NCBI GenBank assembly: GCA_016203305.1
Contig: JACQMY010000035.1
Coordinates: 574-64,573, forward strand
Length of the DNA stretch: 64,000 bases
DNA from: Candidatus Woesearchaeota archaeon
GTDB lineage: Archaea > Nanobdellota > Nanobdellia > Woesearchaeales > ARS49
Direction: 5' to 3'
The position numbers were made by a program, and so were the translations under genes. Below the pieces are notes generated by a model, which searched no databases, was not told the origin of the DNA, and worked only from the letters and a program-made list of their open reading frames with translations. Below, piece by piece: positions 32,301-40,404 of the stretch (position 1 is the first letter of the stretch; every line of letters begins with the position of its first letter).

Positions 32301-33284
32301 TAACGAGCTGAATACTGTCGCGCTATTCCTTGCCACTATATAGTCAACATCCGTCTGCACAGGCGTCAAAGTTGAACCGTTGCCCTGCGCGTGATTTGTG
32401 ATCTTCGTGTATGAAAATCCCAACTCCAGACCAACACGCGCGCTTGTCGTCGTCTGCAGGTCAGCAAGAATGCTATAAAACTGGGAAGCAGGAGAAGTAA
32501 CAGTAAAAGGCGATTGCGTGGACTGAGTTTCCTGAGACGCACAAGTATCATCAACAACACTCGCACTCACGCGCGCAGTGAAAGTACCATTGGCTTGAGG
32601 GATGAAAGCAAACGAAACAGGAACTGTTGAATCTGCAACAATCGCGGTATTTGTAGCAGCGGTAAAGTTCTGCTGCTGGCTGTGAATGACCGTGCTGCCA
32701 TTCAAAACTTCAAACAAAACAGAAGTGTCGGCAGCCCAGAACTCCTGAACAAATTGAGGAGGAAGATACTGCACGTCCGTCCTCGTGATGCGGAACGCAC
32801 TCGATGTCTCAGCATCCAACTGAGCGCTAGTCTGGAACGCCAACGGCTTGTTCAGCTCAACGTTATTCGTAAAGCTCAACGCGCCAACACTCGCACGACA
32901 AGTATTAGGATACTTTGTAAAAGTGTTTGACTCTGAAGTTTGCGCAACACCACCAATGCCACGCGTGTTCCAAGTATGCTTACCAACCAAAGGACGATAA
33001 CCCTTTGCAAGGAAATACTCAGCATACCCGAACGCTGTTGCCAAACTATCAGGATAACGGAAAATCACATTACCATCAGTTGCCTGTGGTCCTTTGATAA
33101 TCTGACCAGAGAAAGCACCAACGCTGGCACAATTCGCGTCATTACAGTTCACAACAGTAGAGTTCAGCGAGACATTTATTCCAGGCAAGTCAGCATACGA
33201 AAAACGATACGTCACATCAACAGCAGCATACGCTACCTGAACTGCCAACAATGCTACCAATGCAAGTAACAATTTCTTCATCAT
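26364..33284 (-). CDS. Giant secreted surface protein (2,306 aa): signal peptide, ~4.5 Ig-like tandem repeats of ~230 aa, a beta-solenoid segment, a PKD domain, a poly-Gly linker and a C-terminal TM anchor. It is extremely rich in N-x-S/T sequons.
   Basis: MMKKLLLALVALLAVQVAYA signal. Repeated FRRxVTDD...GNHSYRWFA...LNG.AGN.TV modules. WNFGDGTNS PKD motif. A GGGGGGGGGGGGGSGGGAG run. PEKPVEKPVEKVAEKP then IAIVVIIVLLGLAAYAIM at the C-terminus. Confidence 0.8.
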   Translation of the reverse strand: MMKKLLLALVALLAVQVAYAAVDVTYRFSYADLPGINVSLNSTVVNCNDANCASVGAFSGQIIKGPQATDGNVIFRYPDSLATAFGYAEYFLAKGYRPLVGKHTWNTRGIGGVAQTSESNTFTKYPNTCRASVGALSFTNNVELNKPLAFQTSAQLDAETSSAFRITRTDVQYLPPQFVQEFWAADTSVLFEVLNGSTVIHSQQQNFTAATNTAIVADSTVPVSFAFIPQANGTFTARVSASVVDDTCASQETQSTQSPFTVTSPASQFYSILADLQTTTSARVGLELGFSYTKITNHAQGNGSTLTPVQTDVDYIVARNSATVFSSLGNTLIKNPDPVNATLQQFSFVPTLAGVHNVTVRARANSALPTTLPEITAEVSMLVNVIGTQSGNVTFNVLNAQTGAKINGSNVTLAGIGSNRTDENGSARFSNVPEGNYLYVVNGTNTSSGNFTTVTDSVDIFGDATVSVLLQPGNVSTGNTPPTINLPQNLTILANSVTRFNVSPFIDDAQDPDGSLTLNFSGNTSIGIRVDFGQDVQFTPNTGFVGTDNVVFTVRDTQNATAFDTIAIIVSASASAPVFSALPQINITEDGSAVRVVNLHQFTTDVDTPLAQLTYGILNVSGTVGFTVSIEQNQFVTVVPVADDFGIGTATLIVTDPQGLSSTANITINVTPVNDAPVVVSVPTIPPFNESTTFTVNLSQVFFDVDGDPLGYRASSVANVTLTFNNSNNSMLIIPQFNVNGVRKVNVTAEDPFGKNVTAEFTIVLNGVDDVPFFTVVIPNVTTFEEQNNSIDLTPFENDPEDGPGANNNNLSWKFQLANQSNLTLVTVLNTSLVNMVLDVPNDRLAFVPIVNATGSLNLTLFLFDRTGKNVSQNITFSVTNLNDAPAFVNFTSQIGEAGREFFFDVNATDSDPTNDILTFNDSASLFNISNLTGVINFTPAFNGVFVIPLLVCDNVGACTSGNFTLNISDITPPAPGGQITPLNGSVYAPNASYMWGINWTDNGNITNVTFELNGQNLTNVTQNGSFYNITVLDLPAGNHSFRWFARDGANNLNSTNVSVLSILRAQSDLSLLLNGSAANITVSPRTILNISANLTNTSGLVKLFNNGTLILSQNNPASINQTFIIPGNYTINASFDGNQNYSAANRSFTVFVVDTLPPSFGNETVVPVNSSVFGSLANFRRNITDDHAVAAVRLEFNGTNLTALRAGASDTFEVNISNASAGNHSYRWFATDASNNTNISTASNYTILQAQSALTLTLNGVAGNITVSKSSTVQLVASLANTTGLVNISVAGVFVVSGSAPLSTNQTFNFAGVFNVTTEFAGSQNFAPANLTRFVSVIDTQAPVFGGELIVPANNSFFPQAQYVFRRNVTDDVSVSNVSLEFNGANVTTQRVGLTNEFEANVSTLAAGNYSYKWFARDTSSNLNVTAASVYSVRQAFSNLSLTLNGTAGNVTVVQGSTIPLFANLTNTSGTVSIFKNGALLASGAAPLTRNELFGVQGVFNITAVFAGSQNFTNSSVTRFVVVPDSTPPVFGSELLSPASPANFSPVYTFRRDVTDNLAVANMTLELDGLNRSALRVGVSNTFEVNLTGLTVGNHSYRWFANDTSGNVNLTANATYTINPGIGAITLTINGVAASTSVQVNDAATIVANVTNPFGGFVNLFINGSLAQNGTSPLTNVTNFTSLGTFNVTAVFPGDVNATGASATLFVTVTPVITQTSIVPASGTLLNLSSFIMTVTTNGVTSCRWSTQDVAQGSMSNGFSGNGTTHTANITNLTLGSNNVFVACNNQSNVTNSDLVYVAQNILDGSTLTGVNSMNNSVFTSGSINVSTVLNANMTTTTSSNSSLINVNGSNSTLRNVSGLDSRFTNSLLTNCVVRNSTVKGITATNCVFTDSFVDPSNLTGSIIQGSSSIVESNVTFSNVTNSTIVNSNINNSVIVGSVIVNSQFSNAVVTSANITNNVISSGTIAVGGITYNATASGPANLSQVIPLPPVASFTQTATAVQPNAVITFTSASTDPNIPGPLNDSLSFFWNFGDGTNSTSSSVNKSYNTTGTFPVTLTVTDRFNFTSVGSSSVTVAVPPPPSVGGGGGGGGGGGGGSGGGAGVRIALTEVPVAREVFVGQPMSFTIGGVVLPSSIFMRKVDLGRQTTEWALNAQFIPVAKGESGLFDLSKDGVADLDLKVLSFGRNSATVEFKLANGQTVANVPFLPTFNIQPRPEKPVEKPVEKVAEKPVVEPTEVTVPVTAVVKEGLFTKLGRLLSNAKKSIAAKFDVAPDSQAVKIAIVVIIVLLGLAAYAIMSMFEPLSFD
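27600..30350 (-). repeat. In-frame tandem ~690-bp coding repeats (~4.5 copies) within the giant surface protein gene
   Basis: Recurrent protein blocks (FRRNxTDD / GNHSYRWFAxD / LNGxAGNxTV / FAGSQNF). Coordinates are approximate. Confidence 0.5.
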
Positions 33285-34933
33285 CAGTTGCCCGTACCTG
33301 GCTGAGTATCTCCACCACCGTCAATTGGAGGCGGCGTGCTTGGGCCAGGAGAGGGACTTGGAGACGGACTCGGGGACGGGCTTGGAGACGGACTCGGAGA
33401 CGGACTGGGCGACGGGCTTGGAGAAGGGTCCGGAGACGGACTGGGCGACGGATCAGGAGATGGATTTGGAGATGGGCTCGGAGACGGACTTGGAGATGGA
33501 GGAGCTGCAGAACTGTCACGATCTTTCTTGCCAGAAGTCAGCGCATAAGCAGTTGCTCCTCCTGCCGCGACTGTTTCCATCCACGACCATGCTTCCATGA
33601 CGCGTGGCCGCAGATTCTCCCCGATAAAATTTGTCCCAGAATTCTTTGCGCCACGTGTGCGACTGGCACCCTCCTGGAGTACATCGGCGAGTTGTTCAAC
33701 ATCGCTGGAGCCATCTGGTGAATAGACATTGCGCGTCCAGGAATTACGACCATGACCGCTCGCATAGTGGAAGATTAGATTTATTGCAGGCACCGCGTAA
33801 ATTGCAAGATTGGGATGCAAGAGGCTCGGATCAACACAGTGCTGATCGAATGTTTCACGGATTCTCCTAACCACATGTGCTTGAAGAGCAAGCGTATCAG
33901 GGCCGTTCAAACCACGCTTTCGTGCGATTTCAAGCGGAATGCGCAACGCATAAACAGCTCGATTCTGAAATGCAAGGTGCCTGTTTTCATACGTGTCCTC
34001 TGCAACAAGAGTTTGCACATCAAGCATCAATTCCCGCATGAAGTTTTCTAGCGTCAGCCCCCTGCCACGTGCAATACCCTGCTCGTACAGTACGCTATTA
34101 TTCTCAAACAAATCTTGCAGCGTTTCACCTTTATATTTATCCCACACCGCGTCAGGAGTAATAGTTGCCGCATTATCCTCCAATGCAAGAGTAAGCTGTA
34201 TCACTCTCCGGTAGGCATCGTCCATAGGTTGAACTCTGAATTCAAGTGCGTTCGCATGTGCTACACCAGAGAGAACAGCGCGGAGGAACTCCAGAGATGC
34301 CCTATTATACTCTGCAATGGACTTATGCTCCACATTGTTTCCTGAAATCGCGGCATCACGTGCTGCCTTATTCGCAGGATTGATTGTGCCCAAAAGTTTA
34401 GTAAGTTCAGTTTCGCACGCTGCCAACTGCTCCGCACTCAATGGTTCAATATCACCAACACTGTCAAGTGTACTGTTCGCGTCAACGTTCGTCATCAAAT
34501 ATCTCTGAACAAGATTTTGTTCGAACAGCCGTGCAAGCAGTGTGTTCTGGCTGTGAAGTTCTGCAACTAACGGAGGTAATGCGGCTGCTGATTGAGTCGC
34601 ATAAGGTCTCGCGGCGAGGAAACGCGTGCTAACAAACTCATCGATCGTTCCATTATATTCGTACCTCGTTGCCTGTGCATTAACTGCACGAACCGGAACG
34701 TCCATATCTGGCTTATATCCCACAGGCGTTGCGCAACCGCTTCCTGACAAGGAAACAAGACCTACTAGTCCGAGTATGCTGCCTCCCGCGGTAAATCTGC
34801 GATTTGCAGGCAGCTTTTCAGTTTTATCTGAAACATCACGATCGTAGAAACGACCCACTAAATACCCAAAAAGTCCTCTGCGAGAAGATTGTTCCGGTGA
34901 GTATACCATTTGCCCCCAAGACGCGAAAAACAC
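33284..34933 (-). CDS. Putative Tat-exported lipoprotein with a C-terminal (PS)n linker, translationally coupled to the giant surface protein gene
   Basis: NRRFTAGGSILGLVGLVSLSGSGCA is a twin-arginine motif with a lipobox Cys. The C-terminus is SPSPSPSPSPNPSPDPSPSPSPDPSPSP... and the stop overlaps the next start at 33284. Confidence 0.55.
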   Translation of the reverse strand: MFFASWGQMVYSPEQSSRRGLFGYLVGRFYDRDVSDKTEKLPANRRFTAGGSILGLVGLVSLSGSGCATPVGYKPDMDVPVRAVNAQATRYEYNGTIDEFVSTRFLAARPYATQSAAALPPLVAELHSQNTLLARLFEQNLVQRYLMTNVDANSTLDSVGDIEPLSAEQLAACETELTKLLGTINPANKAARDAAISGNNVEHKSIAEYNRASLEFLRAVLSGVAHANALEFRVQPMDDAYRRVIQLTLALEDNAATITPDAVWDKYKGETLQDLFENNSVLYEQGIARGRGLTLENFMRELMLDVQTLVAEDTYENRHLAFQNRAVYALRIPLEIARKRGLNGPDTLALQAHVVRRIRETFDQHCVDPSLLHPNLAIYAVPAINLIFHYASGHGRNSWTRNVYSPDGSSDVEQLADVLQEGASRTRGAKNSGTNFIGENLRPRVMEAWSWMETVAAGGATAYALTSGKKDRDSSAAPPSPSPSPSPSPNPSPDPSPSPSPDPSPSPSPSPSPSPSPSPSPSPSPSPSPGPSTPPPIDGGGDTQPGTGN

Positions 34934-34985
34934 CAGCCATTATATAAAGGTTTCACTTTTTTAGCATTTGACAATAGTAACAAAC

Positions 34986-35165
34986 TAGGATGAAGGATGT
35001 AGGGCGAAGGATGAAGGTATTAGGATGAAGGCGGAAGGAAGAAGGGATTAGGCATTGGGTATTAGGACGAAGGGCGAAGGTGGAAGGAAGAAGACGAGGA
35101 TGAAGGTGGAAGGGTGAAGGAAGAAGGTTGGAGGACGAAGGCTTTTGGCAATTAGCTATTAGAAA
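34986..35165. repeat. Longest G-rich heptamer array in the window (~25 units), ending in GGCAATTAGCTATTAG
   Basis: ggatgaaggatgtagggcgaaggatgaaggtattaggatgaaggcggaaggaagaagggattaggcattgggtattaggacgaagggcgaaggtggaaggaagaag... Confidence 0.7.
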
Positions 35166-35204
35166 TCAGGCACGAAAAATAATGGGAAAAAGAATCAGAA
35201 AAAA

Positions 35205-35393
35205 TCACTCGGCATCCGCCCAAGCATCTGCCGCCTCATCGCTGGCAGCTTCATCACTTTCCAAGTCCTCTTCATACTCCGTATCTTCATCGACAGGAAC
35301 CTTGTCATCCTCCTCAAAGGTCTCTTCCTTTTCCTCTTCAGATTCCTGCTCTACTTCTTGTGTTGTCTCCTTTTTCACCTTCTTTCCAACCAT
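35205..35393 (-). CDS. Small highly acidic protein (62 aa). It is uncertain whether this is a real gene.
   Basis: MVGKKVKKETTQEVEQESEEEKEE...DEAADAWADAE, 12 nt downstream of rpl15e. Confidence 0.3.
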   Translation of the reverse strand: MVGKKVKKETTQEVEQESEEEKEETFEEDDKVPVDEDTEYEEDLESDEAASDEAADAWADAE

Positions 35394-35405
35394 TCATTAC
35401 CACCT

Positions 35406-35972
35406 CTACAGTCTTCGTGAATGCGAACGTCGCGAAGGTCGAGCCTTCTCAGCGCCCATGCCCTTATACCGGAGTCCGCGCACCTTCCTGCCCGCGCTAG
35501 TCAACCCGCGGAAAACACGGCCAACATGCTGTGGCTCGCCTATCCAAGAAATCCGATGATCAGCAAGAACACCAGGATGAGACCTGTCAACCAAGACAAC
35601 CTCAAACCAGTAATGCTTACCATCCTCGTCAACATAATAAGAATTCAAAACTTCACAATTCTTGAAAACACGCCCAGCACGCTCCTCTGCAATCATCTGA
35701 TAGTTCTTACGCAGATTCAAACGAGCACCCATGTTGTGCGAATGCCTGCCACCACTCCAATCGTGACGCCTGTGCGATCCACGAGAAACACGCTGGCGAA
35801 CAAGCATAAAACCCTGCTTAGCACGATAGCCAACAGAACGCGCACGATCCAACCTAGTCGGGTGCTCGATACGTTGAGTAACAGGCTCGCGCCTCCAAAG
35901 AACCATACGATCCCGGTGAGCAGCACCAGCGAATTCCTTCCACGACTTTTGCAAGTATTTATAGACACCCAT
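35406..35972 (-). CDS. rpl15e: Ribosomal protein L15e
   Basis: MGVYKYLQKSWKE...YRAKQGFMLVRQRVSRG...YWFEVVLVD is the canonical L15e sequence. Confidence 0.9.
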   Translation of the reverse strand: MGVYKYLQKSWKEFAGAAHRDRMVLWRREPVTQRIEHPTRLDRARSVGYRAKQGFMLVRQRVSRGSHRRHDWSGGRHSHNMGARLNLRKNYQMIAEERAGRVFKNCEVLNSYYVDEDGKHYWFEVVLVDRSHPGVLADHRISWIGEPQHVGRVFRGLTSAGRKVRGLRYKGMGAEKARPSRRSHSRRL

Positions 35973-36036
35973 GTGAGAAGCGGGAAGAGGAGGGCTTTTT
36001 AAAGGTTGCGTTTTTGGTTTGCAGTTGGTAGTTCAT

Positions 36037-36088
36037 CGGAATTGTAATGCAATTCCGAGGTGATCGGAAATTGAAAATTTCCGACATG
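36037..36088 (-). mobile_element. Twin-hairpin MITE-like element, copy B (inverted relative to copy A)
   Basis: The reverse complement differs from 8639-8692 by one indel and one mismatch. Confidence 0.55.
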
Positions 36089-36090
36089 TG

Positions 36091-36140
36091 GTTTGTAGAC
36101 TAGGATATAGGTTGTAGGACGTAGGGTGAAGACGGAAGAA
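36091..36140. repeat. Short heptamer array adjacent to MITE copy B
   Basis: gtggtttgtagactaggatataggttgtaggacgtagggtgaagacggaag. Confidence 0.6.
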
Positions 36141-36150
36141 ATGTGACAGA

Positions 36151-38556
36151 CTAAAACCCTGACAAACTACTCTGCTTGGTCTCACTTATCAAGTCATCAA
36201 CCTTTATGTCCAACACTGCAAAAATACGCTCAACACCAGGAACAACTTGGTTCTGAATATAATACTCACCGTCATAATCATCCTGTTTTGCTTCATGTGG
36301 CAGACGAACCTTGTCACGAATCTTTCCCTTGCCCTTTATCACCACATACTTAACGATCGTGCCACTGCCAACCTCAACACCTTGTGATTCCAAACGCCGA
36401 GCAGCAGCAACATGCGGACCAATCGAAGAATACGCACCGGTGCCCTTTGACAAAGCAGTATGAATGACCACTTTGTCCAAAGGAATCTTGTTCTTCCGCA
36501 AATCATCAACAACCTGACGAACGTACGCCTTTGCCTTTTTCGCATCATGATCCTTCAAAATAATCTCCAAAACGCGCTTCTGCACATCCTTCGCGATAAA
36601 ACTCCAATTCCTCCGAACACTCTCAAAACCCTTAATCTTCATATTGCCTTTTTCGTCCAACAACGCATACTTCTTCTTCGCGCCGGCCTCGCCTGCTTTC
36701 AAAGAAACAAACACCCCTGACGGATAAAATCCCTCAAAGTCAAGCTCCATCAAACCAGGCAAACTCTTGTTAACCTGCTCAACTAACGCCAAAGCTTCAT
36801 CTTTTGATTTCTTGTCCAACAACAAAAAGACGCTATCGGTATCAGAATAAAGCACTGTGAAACCTGCTTGTTGAGCAGTTTCAATCGCCTTATGAATATA
36901 ATGCCTTGCCCAAGCAGTCGTGCTCTCCGCACACTCTATGCAATACCAACGCGCAGGCGCAAAACCCATGTAGCCGTAAAAACTATTTGCAAGCACCTTC
37001 AAAGCTTCAGAACGCGCAGCCAACAAAGGATCCTGGCTTTTTTTGATCTCTTTCTTAATCTCAGCACGACGCAAAATCAATTCCTGAATAACCTCGCTGA
37101 ACAACCCCTTACGCTTGGCACAATACCTGAACTTTCCTCTTTCAGTATCAATCGTCGGACCATCAGTACAACAATTACAATTCAAAACACCCTTGCTAAT
37201 ATTGTGAGACGCTATAATGCTAGGATACAAACTCCGATAATCAAACACTGCAATCTTCTCATAAAACCCTGGCTTGGGCTCAAACACAAACGCGCCTTTA
37301 ACCCGATCAGCCATACGCCCACCCTCCATATCACGCGAAGGCCTGTTCAGAATAATCTCATTCCTACCAGCAGCCTGATGAATCAAATACCACTCAACAA
37401 AAGTAGAAAACGGCATCCGGTTAATGTCATAAGGTGGAAGACGAATAATCCTTACAAACTCCAACAACAACGGCAAAACCTTAACTGCCAGATCGTAAGT
37501 TAACTTGCAATCCTGAAGGTTATATTTGCAGAACTCCTCCAAGTCCTGGCTGCATTCATCCCATGCCGGAGCAAGCCGGTTCATGTCAACCTTATGCTTC
37601 TGAGCCCCGAGAAGCTCCTTAGAAACAGCATCCAAAGTAAACACGTCTGTCTTGAGCGAACGACTCATAACACGACGAACAAACTTGAAAATATCCACAT
37701 GAGAAATTCCTGCAATCCTCGCCTCATTCTCAATCTTGCCAGCAATATCAATCTTACTTCCATCCAAACCAATATCCAATTGAACTTTGCACACTTTTGC
37801 ACGCTCAGCCAAGTATGGAAAATCAAAACCGTCAGAAAAATAGCCAGTTATGACATCTGGCCCGCATTCATGAACGAGCTCAACAAACCGTTTCAACATG
37901 TCTGCCTCAGAACCAACAAACTCAACATAATCCAGCTTTGACGAGAACTTCTTCCACGTCACAACTCTTGAAAAGTTTGCACCGTATAATCCGATCATTA
38001 AAATAGGATTCTTCTTCATATTCACCTTGTTATCAGGATTATAAGTCTCAATATCGACAGCCAGAACTCGTGGAGCAAGAATGTCGTCTGCTTCCTGCCA
38101 AATCTTTGACACGCGCAAGCAAGGAACACGGAAACCAAGCTGGACCTCCTCGCCTTCAACCTCGGTGCGCACCATTGGAATAATTCGTTTATCAATCAAA
38201 TACCTGCGCGCGAAAAGAACATCATACTCGTAAACTGCAACACCCGGGATGCTCTTCGCAAGATCCTTCAAAACTGGAACACCCTTCGGCAAGTTTGTAA
38301 ACACACGCAACGCGTCAACATCATGCTCGTTCAAATTCTTATTAACTTTCTCAACACGCGTTACGAAAAAATCACCATCTCGCAGAGCCTCCAACAGTAC
38401 AGGGTCTATATTGCCAACAACTGTGAAATACGGCTCGAAAGAATCATCAACAACACAAACCTGCCTGCCAGAAACATCCCTCCCATAAAGAAGAATTGCC
38501 GCGCGACCATCACGCACAACATACGTCACATCCACAGGATAAAAGCTCAGCCTCAC
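36151..38556 (-). CDS. polB: Family B DNA polymerase
   Basis: Exonuclease motifs, YxxxLYPS-like (DYRSLYPSII), KxxxNSxYG (KVLANSFYGYMG), YSDTDS (TVLYSDTDSVFL). Confidence 0.9.
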   Translation of the reverse strand: MRLSFYPVDVTYVVRDGRAAILLYGRDVSGRQVCVVDDSFEPYFTVVGNIDPVLLEALRDGDFFVTRVEKVNKNLNEHDVDALRVFTNLPKGVPVLKDLAKSIPGVAVYEYDVLFARRYLIDKRIIPMVRTEVEGEEVQLGFRVPCLRVSKIWQEADDILAPRVLAVDIETYNPDNKVNMKKNPILMIGLYGANFSRVVTWKKFSSKLDYVEFVGSEADMLKRFVELVHECGPDVITGYFSDGFDFPYLAERAKVCKVQLDIGLDGSKIDIAGKIENEARIAGISHVDIFKFVRRVMSRSLKTDVFTLDAVSKELLGAQKHKVDMNRLAPAWDECSQDLEEFCKYNLQDCKLTYDLAVKVLPLLLEFVRIIRLPPYDINRMPFSTFVEWYLIHQAAGRNEIILNRPSRDMEGGRMADRVKGAFVFEPKPGFYEKIAVFDYRSLYPSIIASHNISKGVLNCNCCTDGPTIDTERGKFRYCAKRKGLFSEVIQELILRRAEIKKEIKKSQDPLLAARSEALKVLANSFYGYMGFAPARWYCIECAESTTAWARHYIHKAIETAQQAGFTVLYSDTDSVFLLLDKKSKDEALALVEQVNKSLPGLMELDFEGFYPSGVFVSLKAGEAGAKKKYALLDEKGNMKIKGFESVRRNWSFIAKDVQKRVLEIILKDHDAKKAKAYVRQVVDDLRKNKIPLDKVVIHTALSKGTGAYSSIGPHVAAARRLESQGVEVGSGTIVKYVVIKGKGKIRDKVRLPHEAKQDDYDGEYYIQNQVVPGVERIFAVLDIKVDDLISETKQSSLSGF

Positions 38557-38561
38557 AAGAA

Positions 38562-39269
38562 TTACAAGTCCTGCGCGGGTTTTAAATGTTGTGGGACACG
38601 CCCAGCAACTAGTGCCTTAAGACCAAAAGGATTGAACGGCTTGGCCAAAAACAGCGCTTCTTTTGCGCTGACCTCATACCGCTCATCTCCGGACATAAGA
38701 ACAAAAGGCAACTGAGTTTCATCGTATATTCTACGAGCACACCGCAACAGTTCAACGCCAAGCGGAGCACCTTGCTGTTCAACATCACTTATGGCCATAT
38801 GCACTGAAGGAATTGCTGGTTTGGCAGCCAACGCGTTGTCGAACTCAACAAGATCATAGGAATCCCCGAGAACTGCTTGCACCAATCCCCTGGACGCTTC
38901 TTCATCCTCAACAAACAAAATCCTTGCACGAGGAGCAGTATATTTCCTGACTAGCGATTCAAGAACTTCAACACTTGGACCAGTCCAGAGCTCATTAACA
39001 CCAAACTTCTTGTACTCCCTTTGGTCACCCTCACCATTGTGACGCACAAGCACAACACCCTGATAAACAGGCCTCTTGCGCTGCGCGTAACCAAGACCGC
39101 TTGGGCCAAGGAAAACCAAAGAAGCACGACCAAGAAGCGCGTCTGACTCCACATCATTCGCACGGCATTCAACAACCGCATTACAATGCTCTGCAGCATC
39201 TCTATACGTGTAATTATAAGACCCGTGTTCGCCGAGAACCACAACCAATGGTTTCTGCAACTGCCCCAT
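38562..39269 (-). CDS. Protein with a C-terminal CheY-like receiver domain, 6 nt upstream of polB
   Basis: ILFVEDEE...MAISDVEQ...VLMSG...LAKPF matches the receiver acid pocket, phospho-Asp, S/T and K positions. The N-terminal ~110 aa are unassigned. Confidence 0.5.
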   Translation of the reverse strand: MGQLQKPLVVVLGEHGSYNYTYRDAAEHCNAVVECRANDVESDALLGRASLVFLGPSGLGYAQRKRPVYQGVVLVRHNGEGDQREYKKFGVNELWTGPSVEVLESLVRKYTAPRARILFVEDEEASRGLVQAVLGDSYDLVEFDNALAAKPAIPSVHMAISDVEQQGAPLGVELLRCARRIYDETQLPFVLMSGDERYEVSAKEALFLAKPFNPFGLKALVAGRVPQHLKPAQDL

Positions 39270-39386
39270 AAATGGACCAGCTTATCGACGATTTATAAAT
39301 TTGACTATTTCCTGCAAGGTATATTCTGCGAAATAGCTTTTCCATCTCACGATACATTTTTAAAACGCGCGCACAAACTAATTCCA

Positions 39387-39527
39387 ATGGCGATGCCAAA
39401 AGAGGTAATACCGCCAACCAGCACACAACGCTGTCCAAAATGCCACAAAATGACCTGCTCATTTAACGTGGACACAAACAGCATTGAATGCACGGCATGC
39501 GGCTTCGAAGCAAAAATAAAGGTATAA
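39387..39527 (+). CDS. Small zinc-ribbon protein (46 aa)
   Basis: CPKCHK...CTACGF. The stop abuts the NYN gene start. Confidence 0.4.
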   Translation: MAMPKEVIPPTSTQRCPKCHKMTCSFNVDTNSIECTACGFEAKIKV

Positions 39528-40103
39528 ATGACAGAAATCCATAAAGCACAACGTGTAGGAGTATTTGTTGACGTACAAAACCTCTACTACTCAGCACGCT
39601 ATGAATACAACGCGCACGTAAACTTCAAAAGCATACTACTCGACGCGGTAAAAGGGCGAACCCTTGTACGCGCGCTCGCATACGTAATCCGCACAGAAGA
39701 AGTAAGCAAGGAAAAATTCTTCGAAGCACTAAGCCACATTGGCTTTGAAGTAAGAGCGAAAGACCTGCAAATATTCGCAGGCGGGGCAAAAAAAGGAGAC
39801 TGGGACATCGGCATAGCAATGGACGCAATCGAACTCGCCCCACGACTAGACACAATAGTTCTCGTAAGCGGAGATGGCGACTTCATACCACTCGTCGAGC
39901 ATTTGAAACGCGCCCTCGGCTGCAGAGTAGAAGTCATCGCATTCGGAAAAAGCGCCAGCGGCAAACTAAGAGAAGCAGCAGACGATTTCACAGACCTTGA
40001 CAAAAACATCAAACGCTACTGCATAAAGCCAGCACAAAAAGCCACACCAACCAGAGAACTTGACACTCACGCAATAGAAGGAGAGAAACGTGGAGCTAAG
40101 TAA
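39528..40103 (+). CDS. NYN/LabA-like (DUF88) domain protein
   Basis: GVFVDVQNLYYSAR...DIGIAMDAIELAPRLDTIVLVSGDGDFIPLVEHL. Confidence 0.7.
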   Translation: MTEIHKAQRVGVFVDVQNLYYSARYEYNAHVNFKSILLDAVKGRTLVRALAYVIRTEEVSKEKFFEALSHIGFEVRAKDLQIFAGGAKKGDWDIGIAMDAIELAPRLDTIVLVSGDGDFIPLVEHLKRALGCRVEVIAFGKSASGKLREAADDFTDLDKNIKRYCIKPAQKATPTRELDTHAIEGEKRGAK

Positions 40104-40404
40104 GGAAACATTCGAACATGAAGTAATCAAAAGCGACAAGCCGGTAATCGTAGACTATTGGGCGTCGTGGTGTGGCCCGTGCAAGATGATAGCACCGGTA
40201 TTTGAGAAACTTTCACAACAAATGCCACACGTCAAGTTCGCCAAAGTAAATGTAGACGACCACACAGAACTCGCGCACGAACAAGGGGTCATGGGAATAC
40301 CCTGCCTAATTATATACAAAAACGGGGAAGAAGTCACCAGAATACCAGGATATCAGCCAGAAGAACAATTAAAGCAAAAAATCAACAGCGCACTATCAAA
40401 TTGA
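40090..40404 (+). CDS. trxA: Thioredoxin
   Basis: WASWCGPCKMIAP active site, 104 aa. It starts at GTG. Confidence 0.85.
   Translation: MELSKETFEHEVIKSDKPVIVDYWASWCGPCKMIAPVFEKLSQQMPHVKFAKVNVDDHTELAHEQGVMGIPCLIIYKNGEEVTRIPGYQPEEQLKQKINSALSN

Noticed and set aside
33325-33600. + strand ORFs encoding (LGDG)n / GLETDSETD repeats
   Set aside because: They are the reverse complement of the (PS)n linker of the Tat lipoprotein gene.
34986-35165. G-quadruplex-forming potential of the G-rich heptamer arrays
   Set aside because: G-runs are only 2 nt (AGG), too short for canonical G4. Hairpin or protein-binding explanations fit better.
35421-36002. 193-aa + strand ORF
   Set aside because: It is antisense to rpl15e.
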